The notes under the pieces: generated by a model
Told to the model about the DNA's origin: nothing
What the model saw: the letters and a program-made list of their open reading frames with translations, nothing else
Databases searched by the model: none
Shown here: piece by piece, positions 40,901 to 52,699 of the stretch
Layout: each line of letters begins with the position of its first letter
Numbering within the stretch: the first letter of the stretch is position 1
Position numbers and translations under genes: made by a program
From: Gnetum montanum
Lineage: Eukaryota > Plantae > Gnetophyta
Length of the DNA stretch: 64,000 nucleotides
Reading direction: 5' to 3'
Assembly (NCBI GenBank): GCA_015680685.1
Contig: MNCI01000721.1
Span: 478,258-542,257 of the forward strand

Positions 40901-42376
40901 GTCTACATGTTTTTAATGTATTTAAATTTTGAATAACTAAAAGAATATTTTGGAATAAATAATAGTAGCATAATTTTTGTTTACCATTATGCATATATTA
41001 ATGTTTTTATAATTATTATTTTTATCACCTTTATAGCTAGGCATTGGCCATAGGCTAGTCAAGGGCTATGTTAAACCCCAAAAATTAGTTTAGTTTTTAA
41101 TAAATATTTTGTTAAAGACATACATTTTAATTGATTTTATATTGTTAATTAGTGTTTAATTAATGATTATTATATTTTAGTTTAGTGGTAAGTATTAGTT
41201 TATTATTATTTTATTATGATTAGTTAATTGATGTGGTTTAGTTTATTTTAATTGTAGTTTAACTAGTACGATGTATTATTATATATTAATGAGATTATAA
41301 TTACATATATACATTATATATTCATAAATATAACTTTACATATGTAAATATTATGTAATTATATATTATTATATGTGAATATATATTCCTAAATATTATA
41401 TATATCTTACCTCTATATATACATTATATATAAACTATATATTCATTACATATAAACATTATATAATAAAGATTATATATCTCATATAAATTATATAAAC
41501 ATTATAGATTATATTATATTATATAATATATATTTTAAATAAAATATATTATAATATATTAAACATTATTATATATATATATATATATAATATACGGTGG
41601 CATGTCCGACAATGGTAGCAACAATGACAATGGTGGATTCAAGTTTCTAAAGGTCACCAAGGGCTTGCACATAGTGAATTCACCGATAATGCCAGACGAT
41701 TCCGCTGCTAACCAACTCTACCATGCACACTGAGCTCTCTTAGGGCTCTATAATAGCAACAAGCAAATCCACCTTGGACGTGAAAAACCAGAACTTCTTG
41801 GTTATGTCCAGATCATCAATACTAAGAGTCATCTTCCAACTAAATCCTTTGGTTATGCAAAGCTGCGTTGAGCAAAGGTGATCCAATGGCATCATGTGTT
41901 TCCACAACAATATCAATGGAATCCTTACACGTGCGGATTCCTACCTTCTCACAGTAACTTCAAGAAAAGAATGGGGCTAGTGCAACATGCAGCAGCATAG
42001 CCAAGATACAGAGTGCAGCACATCTAGATTTTTGCAGCTAATGAGTGTTTGGGGATGGCGAGTGCAATAGCGCGTGGTCAAAGTATTGTCACGCCTTTTA
42101 GTGTGCACATTACTTCGTAGAGATTTTACAGTATTCTTCCTACAGCGAACTACAAGATTTGGAATGAATTCGGCAACGAGATAGCGAAGAACCAGCAATA
42201 GATGTATCAGTCGCAAGCCTACACTTTTCTGCAGGTGATGTCTCTGAGTTGCAGGCCTGCTTCTATGACTGAAGAAGTAGTGTCGGCTAAGGCTAAAGTT
42301 CAAGTGGAGCAGTTTTGGGGGAGTGATCTTGTGATGTCTGCCAAGCATCCATTGCTGACAAAGATTGAGAAATTGA

Positions 42377-42676
42377 GGAATTGCATCAACTAAAATCACT
42401 CGCGAGGATGGTTCTCCATGGCCTTGGAATTGTTTTATGCGAAGGGATACCTATACTCTAGATCTAAGCATCGACTTGAAGAAACATCGTGTGCCCAGTA
42501 CAGTTCTGGACAAAATTGCATATTGGATGGTCAAAGTGCTAGGAGTACCAGTCGACATGTTTTTCTAGAGAAGATATGGTTACAGAGTAATGATGTTAGA
42601 AACAATGGCAACTGTGCCAGGAATGGTGGGTGGAATGTTGTTGCACTACAAATCACTGAGGAGGTTTCAACACAGT
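42377..42676 (+). pseudogene. AOX: Alternative oxidase gene fragment in C's 3' LTR
   Basis: Single frame: [99 protein letters not shown]. Confidence 0.95.
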
Positions 42677-43994
42677 TGACAGGCATGATGGCGTAGAGAC
42701 AAGCAGCATTGCAGCTAGTGGTGCAAGCATCCTGTAGATTGACATAGAAGCATGCAATGTTGGAGGAGGTCGTTTGTGGTGTTGTTGTTGTTGTTGCAAA
42801 GGAGAGTGAGGCGATGTAACAAATTCTGGGATTGTGTGATGTAGCAGGGATCTTTTACTTACGACGTGGCAACCTTACATGCCATTACAACAAGGTCAAG
42901 CTTCAAAAGAATTTGAATCAAGCATACAACATACTTGCACCTTCATGTGGTTCAACATGTGATAAGGTCTTCCCCCATTTCTATCAAACTTCATACTAAT
43001 CCAAGACATTAAAAATGCCCAACTTAGTAATTACACTAATTTAAATGAATTGGTATCTCATTCTTCTGTATCCATCTATTATTAAAATAATTATTTTTAA
43101 ACATTGTTAGAGTATAAATACTCTTTTAACTTTGTATCTTTTGTGTAACCCAGGGTGTGAAACCACAGGGACACCAAATGCATTTTTTTATGCATCTTTT
43201 GTATTGAGGAGTGCATCATTTGTGCACCCATTAGACATTGATTGCGCAAATGTTTTTTAGCATTTGTTTTGTACAACTCGAGTGAATCTAACACGCACCC
43301 AATGTGTGCACTAAGATTGATACCCAATCAAAAACCATATCATATTGAAATTAGTTTTCTTTGAAGAATTGTAATGTGAGGATTTGTTGAGCTTTGTAAC
43401 CACTAAAGACCATTAGAGTCCATTGTCAGGCTATTGAGGTTGCTGCACTGTGGAAATAGCAAGGTAGAATCACAAATTAGGGAAGTCTCCATTGTAATCT
43501 TCATAATTTGTGCATGTATTTATTATTTCAATATTGATTTAATCATTAATTTTCATTCTTGAACTTGTAATTAGAAGTTAGGGTGAAATTTTATGATTTT
43601 ACTTATGAGTGATAGTCATAAGTATGGAATTTAATTAGTTTTGATTCTAATTATTTATTTTCTTGATGATTTCTTTAACTTTTTCAACCGTTCCTCCATG
43701 GGATACAACTCATGAGTCAATCATAGATGAGGTGACAATCTCCACAATGAAAGAAAAATAAATTTTAAAGGTATCCAGCACCGTATTTTGGCTGGCTTGT
43801 CAACTATGTATGTTATGGACATTTTAACTTTAAATTTAAATTTTGGTTTTATTTTTTGGCTATATGTATCCGTAGTTGTAGTAAACATTGTGAACGTTGA
43901 GAATGGCTATGTTGACATTTTGGTTATAACATTAAATAGTTAATTGATGCAATAATAGGCTAAGAAAAAAGAGAGAGATAATAATAAAAGGGAT

Positions 43995-44420
43995 GTTTGC
44001 TAGTTTTAGGCCATCACAGACACAAGTTATATAGTTTTGCCAGTTTAATGTCATGGTGAGTCATGAAGCGTTGTGATTACTTTGCTAGTTTAGGACCATA
44101 GTAGGCCATAATGCCAATTTAACATCTTAGTAGATGGTAATGCTAGTTTAGAGTCTTAGCAGACGACAACGCCAGGTTAGAGTCCTAGCAGACTACGATG
44201 CTAGTTTAGAGTCTTAGCAAACTATGTTGTGTGATTATCTTTGCCAATTTAAGGCCATGGCAAGTCATGATGCCAGTTTAAGATCTTAGCAGACCATGGC
44301 TTAGTTGTGGCTAATTTTGTCAATTTTAGGCCATGATGGGCCATGTAGCATTGTTTTGGTAAACATTGCCAGTTTAAGGTCATGGCGAGCCATCATGCCA
44401 ATTTAACATCTTAGCAAATC
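43995..44420 (+). repeat. Array of ~30-bp tgc(c/t)agttt(a)...tagc(a/g)gac units
   Basis: Roughly a dozen degenerate copies; the same motif occurs at 21889-21960, 27558-27650 and 63807-64000. Confidence 0.8.
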
Positions 44421-44879
44421 GATTACAAAAAAGAAGTATATTTATAAGGCTTTTTTAATGTTTAAATCATAAGTAAAAATAAAGAAAGGTTGTAAAAAAT
44501 AGGTAAAAATGCAAATAAACTTAGGCTACGTGCATAAAGAGTAAAACAACAAATACTTAAAAAGATATAATAAAATGCAAAATAAAACAAAGGCTACATG
44601 GCAATTGGCAATTGATGCATCTGGTCATAGGGGCATGGGAAGGTTAAGGTAAAGTTCACCTATGCAAATTCTTTCTAATCTTTGCAAGATTAGGAAGTAA
44701 GTAAGGCGTACTCTACACAATCTTATATTCACCTTCCCCTTCACTTACGATGTTAAAAGAGAGTTTGCCCCATAATGCATCCTATTGCTTATCGTGGTCA
44801 TTGTTTGGTTGGTGCTCTCTTTTGGGCTGTTGGACTTCATGACTAGGAGCTTCTTTTTGAAGCTCCACTTTGAACCCTT

Positions 44880-47330
44880 ACTTTATGTTTACATTGTTGA
44901 TAGCCAAGGGAACCGCGTTATCACCATGCATAATGATTTCACCTCCCTCACAAGGAACATGAATTTCTTGATGGATGGGAGAGGGCACAGCTCCTAATTG
45001 ATCCAACCAAGGCCTTCTCAAGATAAGGTTGAATCCTAATGTCTCTTGCACCACCAGGAAATTAGCCATTGTGAGGAATTGCTCTCTTACTACAAAATTC
45101 AAGGAGATACACCCCTTGATAACAACTCTTGATCCATTGAAGGATTTGAAAGCTACAATTAATGTAGGTTGTATTTACTTAGTTAAGCCCAAGCATTCGA
45201 TGATGGTGCATGAGACAACATTGGTTGTGGCTCCGTCATCAACATGCATCCGATGTACTTTAAACTATCCTATATGTATGGTTAGGAATAGAGGGGTTGT
45301 AGTTGCTTCATCATTTTGGGGATTAACGTTAATTTCACTATCATGAAATGTTAAGGATGTTGACTTCTTCTACAATGGTGAGAGAAGAATCATCACTACA
45401 TGGATGCCTTCCTCATTAGTGAGGATGTCCTCACTAACAGGGATGGAAGTCAACATTTTGACTAGCACCTCAAGATGTGTGATAGAAGTCATAATAAGGT
45501 CATACAAGCTTAAGGTTGTGTTTTTTTTTTTTTTTCTTCAGGGATTGCCTAACTTGGTCCATCGTATTGAGGAAGTTTTTATCCTTGGTTGTCGACTTGT
45601 CACCTAGTTATGCTTTACTTCCTTTGTGTGCCTTGAAATGTGAACTTTAGCTTTAGGTTATGGATGTTGAGGCTCTTTCTTGTTGTTTTGATTATGGGCT
45701 TTTTGGTCCTCTTGTGGCTTGTTGGTTGAAGAAGTTGGAGTAGAGGAGGTCATGGGTATAGCTAAAATGGAAGTGGGCTTTGGTGGCCCCACTTCCTTTC
45801 GTGCCTCTATCTACTTATCACCCTTGTTGTCAGGCATTTACTTATACTTCTTCCTTTGTTTGGCTGAAGTTTTTTGGTTGTCAGCCATTAGTTATGAGGA
45901 AGAGCCAATAACATTAACTACCACAGGGGGTTGTTGTGTAGTTGTTTGGGCTATGGCTACTTAGGTTGTGTTGGGTTGGGATATCCTAATCACAAAAGAT
46001 TTCTTGGGAGGCACTCGTGATGGTACTCTTATAACAAGGGGGGATCTAGAGCTATTAGAAGCTGAAGAAGCCCTTTCACCAAAGAGGGGTACTTGAATCA
46101 TGAATGATTCCCTTGTAGGTCATTGATCGTCATCAATGTTGAATGTTGAAATAACATAAGGACTATCATTAACATTCAATGGGTCTTTTTAGACCTACAT
46201 CAACTAGCTTTGTGGTCGAACTAGGTTGGAAGCATCTAAGACCAGCTCCTCCCTATCTATCATCCTTTGCATGTCATATTTCAGTGCAAGGTAGAAGTTT
46301 GTGTCATAACTAGGCAATTGATGATAATCGCAAAAGCAGTCTAGTTTGAAGTATCTAGGCAATTGAGGATCATCCATTGTTGGCGAGGTGGAATCTTTGG
46401 CTATTTCGCATAATTGCTTGTGTTTGTTTTTCAAGAAGCTTTGATCATTTATTTATGTTACATGTGTCCACTTTTTAATAGTTGGTCTAGTAACTCGGAT
46501 GGTTTCATAGGTAAGGTAGTGTATTTGGACATGTCCTTTCTTTCGAAGTTAGGTCTAGTTGTTGTTGATGTAGTAGACTGAAAGGTTGATGGTTGGTTAT
46601 TGTAGTCATTAATAGGAGCCTTGGGTGGATTGGCCTTCAACCCCTAGTTTGTAGTCTTTATTACTTTTGTCACAATTGCTACGGTCATGTTGTTTTTTTT
46701 GCTCTTTTCTTTATTTCTCTATGCATGTTGATTCTTGTATACTACATAGGCTAGATCATGGCTAGCCTCCATAGCATCTTATATGTTCTTGGTTTACGAG
46801 AACACTTGGCTAACAAACAACAGATCAAGGTAGTAGAGCTTGGACTTAATAAAGTCACACACTACCCCCTTGAATATGGCTAAAAGATGGGCTTTGACTA
46901 TGGGCTATGATATTTTTTTAAGTAGTGCATTCCATCATTGTATGAACTTTTGTATAGGTTCTAAGGGCCCCTACTTGACCTTCATTAGTGAATCAAGCGT
47001 AGTGTCAAGCTTGAAGCTATACTTGAAGCGATTGACAAACTAGGCAACTAAGTCCTCTAGAGAGGATATGGAACCTCTAGATAATGCGTGGTACCAATCA
47101 AGTGCTTTCTAATCAAAGACATAAGGAAAATCCTCAGGATGACATGAGGTCATGGTTGCAAGAGTAAGCATTTAGATTGAAAGGTGATAAGGTGAGCATT
47201 AGGATCACCTTCTCCATTATATTTGCTAAATTGGAAAATAGGGACACCAAGAGAAAGTGTTAAGGATGGAACTACAAGGCTTATGGGATCTTCTTGATAA
47301 AAATCCATAATCTTGATAATCTATGAGGTA
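44880..47330 (-). pseudogene. Element B gag (~47330-46150) and aspartic protease (~45360-44880), degenerate
   Basis: KYNGEGDPNAHL; CFCDYHQLPSYDTNFYLALK (Ogre/Tat Zn-knuckle-like); VDDGATTNV; FNLILRRPWLDQLGAVPSPIHQ. Confidence 0.9.
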
Positions 47331-48574
47331 GAGGCTTTAAGCCTCTTCAACTCTTCCGTTAGGTCCTGGATCATTTGGAAGGCTTAATCCAAGCCCTGTG
47401 GTGGCCTTGTTGGTTGTGGGGTTTGTACATAGGGTAGTGGTATTTGTTGTGAGGCTTGTTGGCCTTGCTAAGGATTGCATGACAAAAGGAAGAGGTTGCA
47501 TTATGGTTGTGGCTTGTGGGCCAAACAAAGAAAAGGATGTTTGTGCTAGTACTTGAGGCACAAATGGAACAAATGGGGTGTGTGACCCTTGAGTTGCTTG
47601 GGGTCCCATGGTGGATTCCACACGAGTAGTTAATGGATTTGTGGTGGTAAAAACCACCGTTGATGGCTACACAGATTAAGGTCATGTGGAAAATGACATA
47701 GATGGGTTATGGATCATAGTTTGTGGCAATGATTGAGTTTAATGTGTGGCTATGACCAATGTCAAGTCAACTATAGAAGATGGCAACACCATGCCCATGG
47801 AGAAAACAAAGGCATGAGGGGAAGGCTTGGTGGCCTTGGGGGTTTCCTGTTAGAATAATTTTCCTAGGATGTTTTTAGGCTCAAATTCTACCCTAAATTC
47901 ATCCTCCTCTTCCCGTTGTTCCTCAGAGCTATTTTTTCATCCTCTTCCTCCATCTAAATCAATTGGTTTAGTATACCCGCATAGATATTAAATAGAGGTA
48001 TTTGGTCATTGGAGAAAGGATGTACTCCTTACCATTATGGTGGATAAGTTCAAACTCCCTTTTTGGCTTCTGCTTCAAAACATGGAATTAGCATGCTAGC
48101 CTGTATTTTGGCACAAATGAAGTTATATTGATCTTCATTTATGACTGTAAAATCAAGACTTTTCCCTCTAACCCGCAAAGATTGCCTACATTCAATGACA
48201 ATAGGGTCTTTAGGGTCATATGCCCTCATGGCTTGTTAGCTAGGACCTTCTCCAATGAAGGTGAAGGGCAACTTGGTAAATTATTGAAAAGACATGGCTA
48301 TGGTGTTGAGAATGGCTTAAAATAAGGCTATAAATGATAAAATAGAAGTAAATTCTAGTGAATGAAATTCAAAAGCATTTAAAGGAAACAAAAATGATTG
48401 AAAAATAAGTACTTACTATAATTAGTAAGTGGAGGATAAGAGGGGTTTACCCCTTTACCAAAAATGGAAAGTTCAAAACATTGGTGTCAAGTCTTACCCA
48501 AGTTGGCCTTCCAACTACCTCTATGCTGGGTANACACCTTCTAGCTAAACATTGGGGAGAGAAGACTAAAAATT

Positions 48575-48975
48575 AAAGTGGAAAGTTGGATTTTTCCACT
48601 AAAACTTGGTTTTGGCAAGCTGCCAATTTTCTCAACATGGAAAAATGGGGGGAAGCTAACTTTCAAAAGTTTGGTAATTTCCACAAGGGTTGCACCAACA
48701 ACTTTAGAAGTTAAAAAAGATTTAAATTGGCAACAAAAAGAAAAGGGAAAATGCTTCAATGCTAGCCTTACAAGAAAAAATTGAAAGAAACTAACTATAA
48801 TTTCCACACTAAGCTTTGATTACAGGGGGGTATGGGTTGAAAACCAAAGTGGAAAACTAGTGTTTTCCACTAAGATTTGGTTTTGGTAGGCTACCAATTT
48901 TCTCAACTTGGAAAAATGGGGGAAAGCTAACTTCTAGAAGTTTGGTAATTTTCAAAAGTGTTGCACCATCAATGT
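48575..48975. repeat. Two copies of a ~125-bp block, ~270 bp apart, in B's 5' UTR
   Basis: aaagtggaaa...ttttccactaa...ccaattttctcaac.tggaaaaatggggg...ttgcacca at 48575 and 48846. Confidence 0.8.
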
Positions 48976-49271
48976 TGATAACTAAAAAAATTTTGGGAGC
49001 CAAGGGAATTAACAAAGTGCACTAGAAAATCAATGCTAGCTTTGGAAATTCATAGCAACTACTCTAAAAATTGCAAATCCTAAACACCTATCACTCAACG
49101 TTGGGTCTTGGGAGCAGAGGAGGCTCGATGACAGTGTTGATTAAAATGCATATTCAACGGTTTTTGTTGTAAAATGTAGATTTCAATATAACAAGGAATG
49201 TTGGCAACAATGATAATCAAATTTGGCTATAGAAATCAGGTGGAAGCCCTTCTTCTAGTGCTAAGAAAAAC

Positions 49272-50840
49272 TGTTGCAATTGGAAAATTTGATTGCTAGA
49301 AATAATCAAAAGAGATCTGGTGCACAATAGTTCCTCAACTTGTGAATCCCTAGGGCCTTCACGAAAAAATGGGATTTAGGGCACCCTGGCTAGTATGGTA
49401 GATCAACCAAGGACTTGGGGGGTTTGCAAAACAATGTAACAACATGAAATGCAAAAACTAATAACAAATCCAAATAATACACAAAAAATAAACAGATATA
49501 TCTTGCACACAAAACCCAAAAATTTAAAACTTTATTAAGCAAAAATAAAGAATAAGTTATACAAGTGTGTATAAATGATGCCTAAATGGATAGTAGGAGG
49601 GTTCACTTTGATGCAGGTTTAGGGTCCATTGAAGTCAATGCAGTCAACTCCATGATCCAGATGTCTTGCCACTCCTGATGCTATCGAACCTCCTACGTTG
49701 CAATCTTAGACCTATAATGATGGCTATGGTGGGGGTGAGAAAAGTGGAAAATCTAGTTGTCAAGGTGCTCCACACTAGGGCTTGGGAATCCCAGAAATGC
49801 AATGTAGACACCCAAAATCCACAAGTTTGAAGGCTATAATGCTTCCACATTAGAGTTCAAGAGAATGCAAACATGGGAGATTGCAAGAACTCTTAAGTGC
49901 TTAAGAATGCCCCAATGTGAAATCGTAGAAAATTTTGTTTTAAATGCTGAACTAAAAATCTTTACTTGTGTAAGAATTGCTGAACTGCATGAAGTGCTAA
50001 ACCTATAAATGGTGTTTGAGGCTGGTTTTTATAAGTCTTGGGCCATGAATGGGGCTGCAAAATGGCTGTGATTTTTCTACAAAATGGCTACCAAATTGCT
50101 GCAAATTGGCTACCAAATTGCTATCAATTGGTTGCAAATTTTTGCCTTCTTCAAGTGAGATGGGTGTTTAAATTTGGGGGGTTACTATACATAGTAAGAA
50201 CCTTTTCCCATGGCCATTTTGTTTCCTATAAATAGTAACCAAGGAACACCTTCTACACTGGAGATGAATCTTCCATACTGAACTCTCCACCATGCTTGTT
50301 GAAGTGGTTGGTCAACATTGAAGTGCATGAAGTGATGAATTTTGGCTTTTGTGACTTCCACACTAGGGGATGCAATTTTCAATGCTGGGAATGAAGACTC
50401 CACACTAGGGGAAAACTTCCATGCTAAAGGTGGAAGGTGTCTAGGCTATGCACATAGTCTCCACACTGAAGGAAGAAAGTTTCAAAACCTCCATCCTTCC
50501 ATGCTAGGGATAGCTAAGATTTACCCCCTTGCATGTGCTTCTAGCATAGAAAAGTATATAACCGCCATAAAACCCATCAAATTTTCTTTTTTCAACATTC
50601 CAAAAGGCATTTTTGACCTCCCTAAGCCAAAATATAGATACTATGTGACTTTTTTCAGTTGGGGGATGAGGCTTTGACCACTTATGAGGCATTTTTTAGC
50701 CCCAAAAGTATAAAGTATGTGAAATTGCCCATTGTGGCTTACAATCTTGTCATTTACAATAAAGTTTTACCTCAAGTTTCATGGGGTAAAAGATACGTTA
50801 TGAAAATTGGCTATGAAATGCAAATTTTTTTGGTGTTTCA
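49272..50840 (-). repeat. Element B 5' LTR
   Basis: TGTTGC...GGTGTTTCA; matches 20231-21754. Confidence 0.92.
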
Positions 50841-51479
50841 ACTTGTATGGTGAAGTGTTGAAATACTCAACTGCTCATCACCAATCATATTGCATCCAAC
50901 ATTTGCGAGACCAAATAGCCTTAAATGTTTAAGAATTTACATCATAATTGACTTACATCAATTTACATAAATAAGCCATATCTGATGACACTATTTTACC
51001 TATGGCATTATTCTAATTCATTATATTATTATGAGATATTATTTCTTATTTTTAGAAGTTTTTTTAAATATTGAATTATGCTATTTATCATTGGAATTAA
51101 TGAGATTTAAGCCAATACTTTCAATGTGTAAAGTATATGAGTCAACCAACAAAAACCTAGTGTGAATTTATTAAATACACTTATAAATTGCAATTATCAT
51201 GATAAGAAAAACTATTCACTATGTTCTTATGAGAATGTGATTTATCACCTTTAGAACCAAAAGTTTTATTACAATTCATTATATACACTTATAAGTTGCA
51301 ATTCTCAAGGCAAGATAATTCTTTAAAGCAAAAGTACATCTTGAGTGCGAGATTGTGATTGGTATTTCAAGGTAATGGTTGAAAAAATTAAATTGTAAAA
51401 ATCCTAAACCTTACTAATTAGTCAAGCAAAAGGTTTTAATATAGTTATGGTCTAATGTAGAAGGCAAGAAATAATTTTA

Positions 51480-51690
51480 TTTAAATCACATTAGATCTAA
51501 CAAATTGTTTCTATTAAGTATTAGAGTACAATTAGTAAGTTTTTGTTAAGTTAATATCATCTTAGAATTGAAAGTGAAAGATAGATTTAACTCCCCAAAG
51601 AAGAGTGTACCTATAGCTTATGCAAGTCAAAATCCCTTAAGGATGAGTTGCATATCTTTCTTTTGTGTGTTGTGATTACATATTTGAGAT
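51480..51690 (+). pseudogene. 3' end relic of a non-LTR retrotransposon ORF (RTE-X/CR1-like C-terminus)
   Basis: HLRIESER* (cf. HxLxIETGRW) followed by C..C-like residues and DELHIFLLC (cf. EDExHFxxxC). Confidence 0.5.
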
Positions 51691-52699
51691 AGTATTATAA
51701 AATTACAAAAAAAAACTTATATAATTTGTTTTTGTTAACCCCATTGGTACTTGGTTAATTTGTAGAGTGTGTTCTCATTTTCCATGAAAATGTAATATTT
51801 GTCCAATAGATCCTATAGATCTTTGTTTATAATAAATCTTTGATTTCAATTTAGCTATATGTTTATAATATATATCTAAATAATCTGGTTAAGAGAATCT
51901 CTTATCTTTTGAAAAAATTGAATCATAGAAACAAGTCTTAAAAATGTGTACAAGATAGCTTGAAAAATAGGTTAAAATATGAAATTGAAATGTTTTTTTA
52001 TTATGTCTAGATATCCTCAGGATCTATTGGACAAAAGAGATATACATAGTATGTGTAACAAACACTTCAACAATAAAGTTAACAAATTTCCTTGGTACTA
52101 TTTCAAAAAGTACTATAATTTCCTATTTGTGGTGATTTTTCTTTAGAACCATATTCCATAAATATGTTATGCTTATCTTGAATTGTTCTTTGATTACATT
52201 AATGATAGTTCTCTTTTATCTTTTCTTTATTAGTAACATGGATTTTGAGACAAATTCTAAACTTGAAAAGTCAAGGATGAGGGCCTTATCCCCCATATCT
52301 CAATGTTATTTTTATCATGAAATATTCAGGACCTTTTTGATAGGTCTTAAGCAAATATTGTTGAAGAGTATATTTAAAATTGACATTTATCTCTAGATTT
52401 TTTTTCCTACAAGAAATCATGATTTCATATTATGATATTAGTTTTGTTCGTAAATGCATTTTAAAAAATTGCATTGTTCTTCTTTTTTTTTTTTTTTTTG
52501 CCTGCTCATGAAATTAATAAAGGGGTGTTGCTATTATTGTTAATAAAAATTGAACTAGAAAAGTTTTGAATTCTAGTTTTAACAATCTTGAAAATGTTAT
52601 TTGAATTATTTATTATAGTAAAAAAAAGGTAACTTTAGACTTTGTAATATTTATGTTCCTAATAATTTGAAATCTCAAGTCAAGGTTTAGAAATATCTT

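Larger units (their letters stand above)
36386..43802 (+). mobile_element. Element C: non-autonomous (LARD-like) LTR element with ~2.7-kb LTRs (36386-39029, 41069-43802) and a ~2-kb non-coding interior
   Basis: TG...CA ends on both LTRs; TSD GCTAT/ACTAT; PBS tggtgccattgtcgagga at 39033; no gag/pol motifs recognised between the LTRs. Confidence 0.9.
20231..50840 (-). mobile_element. Element B: Tat/Ogre-type Ty3/gypsy retrotransposon (30.6 kb including nested insertions)
   Basis: LTRs 20231-21754 and 49272-50840. TSD ACTTC/ACTTG. Minus-strand PPT aaagaggggccat at 21755-21767. Decayed PBS ttagcactagaagaaggg next to the 5' LTR. RT-RH-aRH-INT order. Confidence 0.9.
6141..50880 (+). mobile_element. 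Element A: full-length degenerate Athila-like Ty3/gypsy LTR retrotransposon, hosting nested insertions
   Basis: 5' LTR 6141-7062 (TGATAA...TTATCA). PBS tggtgtcgttgccaagga at 7064. gag-PR-RT-RH-INT order with no aRH seen. 3' LTR 19353-20230 plus 50841-50880. TSD CCAAG/CCAAT. Confidence 0.88.

Noticed and set aside
42377-42676. Functional AOX gene
   Set aside because: In-frame stop, truncation before most di-iron ligands, and embedded in duplicated LTRs.
36386-43802. Tandem segmental duplication or assembly artefact
   Set aside because: The two copies are clearly diverged and have TG..CA ends, a PBS and a TSD, as expected of an LTR pair.
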